In this document: piece after piece, positions 48,201 through 49,845 of the stretch
Layout: each line of letters starts with the position of its first letter
How positions within the stretch are numbered: the first letter of the stretch is position 1
From: an uncultured Chitinophagales bacterium
Lineage (GTDB): Bacteria > Bacteroidota > Bacteroidia > Chitinophagales > BACL12
Length of the DNA: 49,845 nucleotides
Direction: 5' to 3'
Assembly: GCA_964429745.1 (NCBI GenBank)
Contig: CAYSDI010000003.1
Span: 16,958 to 66,802, forward strand
Position numbers and translations under genes: made by a program
Notes under the pieces: model-generated
What the model saw: the letters and a program-made list of their open reading frames with translations, nothing else
The model's database searches: none
Told to the model about the DNA's origin: nothing

Positions 48201-49654
48201 GGAGCTTCGTTATCAAGGACCGTAATGACCTGGCTGGCCGATGCCGAATTGCCTGCGGCATCCGTGGCGGTCCAGGTGCGGTTAACGGCGTAGCTTCCCC
48301 CGGAACAAACACCGATGGTTTCGTTAAACACAACGGATGGAAGCAGGTCGCAATTGTCGCTCACGACGATTTGGCCGGCTAGACAATTGATTTCCTGATA
48401 ACCAATGGCATCTACCTTAAAGTCGCTGGCGTCGCCGTGGTTTTTGATTTTTACGCGATCACAGGCGTAGCTCAATTGGAAGCACTGGGTTATGTAGTCG
48501 GTTGAAGCGGTAACCAATACTTGGGTTTGGTAATAACTACTTCCCGAAATTTCCCAGATGTACGCCTTGGAGTTGATCGGATCTGGTGTGGTAGCCGTGT
48601 AATTGCGGCGACTCCAGGTAACGCAAACTTGTGTCCCAGCGGGCAACACCGACCCGAAAGTCCACTCAATTTTGTCGCCACTTTCATAGAATTGGGCTCC
48701 CTGTCCGTCTGGAGCACCTAGAGAATGGCTGGCATCCACAATTCCAACTTGGGTATGAACCGTTGTGGCATAATTGGTTTCCACGTCTCTGCAAACGCTA
48801 GGTGCCGGGGGAATGGCCCCGCAGCTAACGCTCAGATTTGCGGGAACACCACTGAAAGTTGGCGCTTGATGATCGCCTCCGGAAGCACAGTCGCCACCCA
48901 AAAAGGTGGTGCGGTTCTGGTTGATTTCGGTAGGAGTCAGCGCCCTGCTGTAGACAGCAGCCAAGTACATTGAACCCAGCCAAGGCCGGTCTTGTGTCAA
49001 TTCGTTAAACAGCGCAAACTTGTGGGTTGAACTCCAGCCGGTAAAATCGCCGCTGCGGGTCCAACTGGCTACCTGCACGCCATCAACGTAAATACGCTCT
49101 ACATCATCGGTACCGCGGGTAAACACCACGTGCTGGATGCCTGCGCCTACCTGACCGGTGGCACAAAAATCTGGCGTTCCGTTAGTGTTGCCATTGGAGC
49201 GGGTACGGCTGATGTAGTCGGCGTTCTGTTGACCCAGCGTAAAATTCCGGAAGTCAATATTATTAGAAAGCGATAGGATCCTGGCCGGGCCATTCTGTGA
49301 ACTGTTCAAGGGGTCTACGAACACCTCCAGCGTGTAAGCATTGGAAGCCTGAATAGACGTGCGAATTTTATCTGCAACGCCTGGAGAGGAAACCAAAACA
49401 GAGGAATTGGCGCGCAATCCCCCACCGGCCAACCAGGTCACGTTGCCCGGGTGGCTAATGTTCAGGTTCAAGGGGCTGCCGACACCGGAAACATCGTTAA
49501 CGACACTTCCCGAACTTTCCCCAAATAAATAAAGCGCCTGAAGCCCGGTGGTTACCCGTTGGGCAGACAAACCCGGTGTTGTAACCAAGGCCAGCAAGAG
49601 CATAGCTCCGTACCGACATCGCCACCAGCGTTGTAATTGTGTTGTGTTGATCAT
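45212..49654 (-). CDS. Large T9SS type-A surface protein: LamG-like, Cys-containing HYR-like repeats, PA14, Fn3 and C-terminal domain
   Basis: Signal peptide ending LSA-Q; LamG-like (GPARILS, IYVDG, VYSRAL); repeats ending RTWTATDxxGN; PA14 (WTGAIEIPTTGNYTFFTKSDDGSRLYIDG ... NDGLH); Fn3 (LEPCTSYEWCVRA); C-terminal domain VFPNP ... YDVTG ... PGVYL ... KFVY. Confidence 0.9.
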   Translation of the reverse strand: MINTTQLQRWWRCRYGAMLLLALVTTPGLSAQRVTTGLQALYLFGESSGSVVNDVSGVGSPLNLNISHPGNVTWLAGGGLRANSSVLVSSPGVADKIRTSIQASNAYTLEVFVDPLNSSQNGPARILSLSNNIDFRNFTLGQQNADYISRTRSNGNTNGTPDFCATGQVGAGIQHVVFTRGTDDVERIYVDGVQVASWTRSGDFTGWSSTHKFALFNELTQDRPWLGSMYLAAVYSRALTPTEINQNRTTFLGGDCASGGDHQAPTFSGVPANLSVSCGAIPPAPSVCRDVETNYATTVHTQVGIVDASHSLGAPDGQGAQFYESGDKIEWTFGSVLPAGTQVCVTWSRRNYTATTPDPINSKAYIWEISGSSYYQTQVLVTASTDYITQCFQLSYACDRVKIKNHGDASDFKVDAIGYQEINCLAGQIVVSDNCDLLPSVVFNETIGVCSGGSYAVNRTWTATDAAGNSASASQVITVLDNEAPVLSGAPANLTADCGAIPAADVLTALDGCGGQVCPVQGYNNGTYRRSLWLPLTGLNANYVWVGGTGNFEVYDNGTAHLTGTVQNKDNALCGWEVDVWFSGAYDWATWSAMGRTYKPGPGTTGTIYETWTYYEVDGSRSKLTGTGCFAGDVLNLTNKPSDFSMGLQIGAGANDMDATYGMSFWFYYTGTIYGATASGNGDFNLEGGCTGDENAGLNYEYWTSASTISSLASFLATAGTPVKTGITPNAQNADHLAIRTVLERYVIRWTGAIEIPTTGNYTFFTKSDDGSRLYIDGVLVVNNDGLHAASEVSGTRHLTAGCHSIEIQFFENTGSELMETRWQGPGIAKQLIPNSAFKTSCSVTSGISVPVSFNEMVGTCASGSYQIVRTWTATDACGNSSSHTQTITVTDTQAPVLSMQPANISLNCNDPIPPVPSITAADNCDLDVTVHFSEVTVAGVLERTWTATDDCGNSTSYTQQIALNPDLTKPVLSGVPSDISADCGSIPAAALVTAMDDCDGAVMVILNETYGPGPDECRTINRTWTATDAAGNSISATQIITVLDNLAPNLVGVPNNLNLNCGEPTPAPPLVIAVDNCDASVSVMFNESVSGNVITRTWTASDACGNTVSASQGIILNTELVIANVTVTAATSCSVNNGVVVIDLDDASAGSGPYTVTINGSFVLGPFASEPIVISNAPGGATINSIVVEDAGGCEGSSNQTYLIGEPELEILTVAVNDADCASGLGSVVIDLDDAKAGMPPYRVKIGSVIYGPFASEPMMVHLAPGSYTAIAVRDNKGCFDQKPGTIAIDPASGCSTCLPPTGTGEVVNGRHTVDLFWNLVIDATGYLVSIRKVGTTDFLEIPVAELGKRIGGLEPCTSYEWCVRALCTGVLSDCSPLRTFTTSCGGAPRVGEVDLLESDVFPNPTASTINLSITLGKVAELSLEIYDVTGMLIHAEQAGRTNSYQARFDLSGRAPGVYLAKWQVNGESVLEKFVYTAE

Positions 49655-49845
49655 GGTTGCTTGTAGTTGTTTTCTGAATGATTAAGACAGGGGTTAATGG
49701 GAAACCAGGCTAATGGCTGCATCAGTTTTGTTCCATCACAAGTGTGCGCTAAACTCTAAAGTTATTGGAGTCCCTTGCACAGGAATACACCAAAATTGCT
49801 TACCCAGCCACTCCCCATAAACAGGGATTGCTCTCAACATCCTGC

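Overview
A gene-dense, GC-rich chromosomal segment of a Bacteroidota bacterium. The assignment rests on type IX secretion (T9SS) C-terminal domains, PorP/SprF and PorE-like genes, TAnnTTTG-type promoters and signal peptides cleaved before Gln. I found no integrase, transposase, prophage or CRISPR array. Contents: an S1/P1-nuclease-family gene running off the left edge (missing from the ORF track); cysH (APS-reductase type) translationally coupled to an SDR epimerase; two aldo/keto reductases; a membrane LytTR regulator with downstream direct repeats and a DUF2141-like gene; a class III aminotransferase; a split transketolase whose halves are separated by two paralogous secreted VWA proteins; icmF-ogt; T9SS-tagged PhoD and glucose/sorbosone dehydrogenase; SGNH and HAD hydrolases; tRNA-Ile2(CAT); an orphan HisKA_3 kinase; a porE-like/porP-like/2794-aa adhesin operon followed by a second porP paralogue; rpoN divergent from an AsnRS with a large helical insertion; a low-GC methyltransferase; a 2OG-Fe(II) oxygenase; and a 1480-aa T9SS protein with domains nested inside its repeats. 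The strongest leads are: (i) an unannotated ~75-nt sRNA candidate with its own -33/-7 promoter and terminator, convergent with a sigma-54-promoter lipoprotein gene; (ii) many apparently leaderless genes; (iii) the VWA pair, whose first gene seems to need a non-canonical CTG/ATT start; (iv) the cysH-SDR pair as a possible sulfo-sugar or sulfonolipid module. All family calls come from reading motifs by eye; no searches were run.
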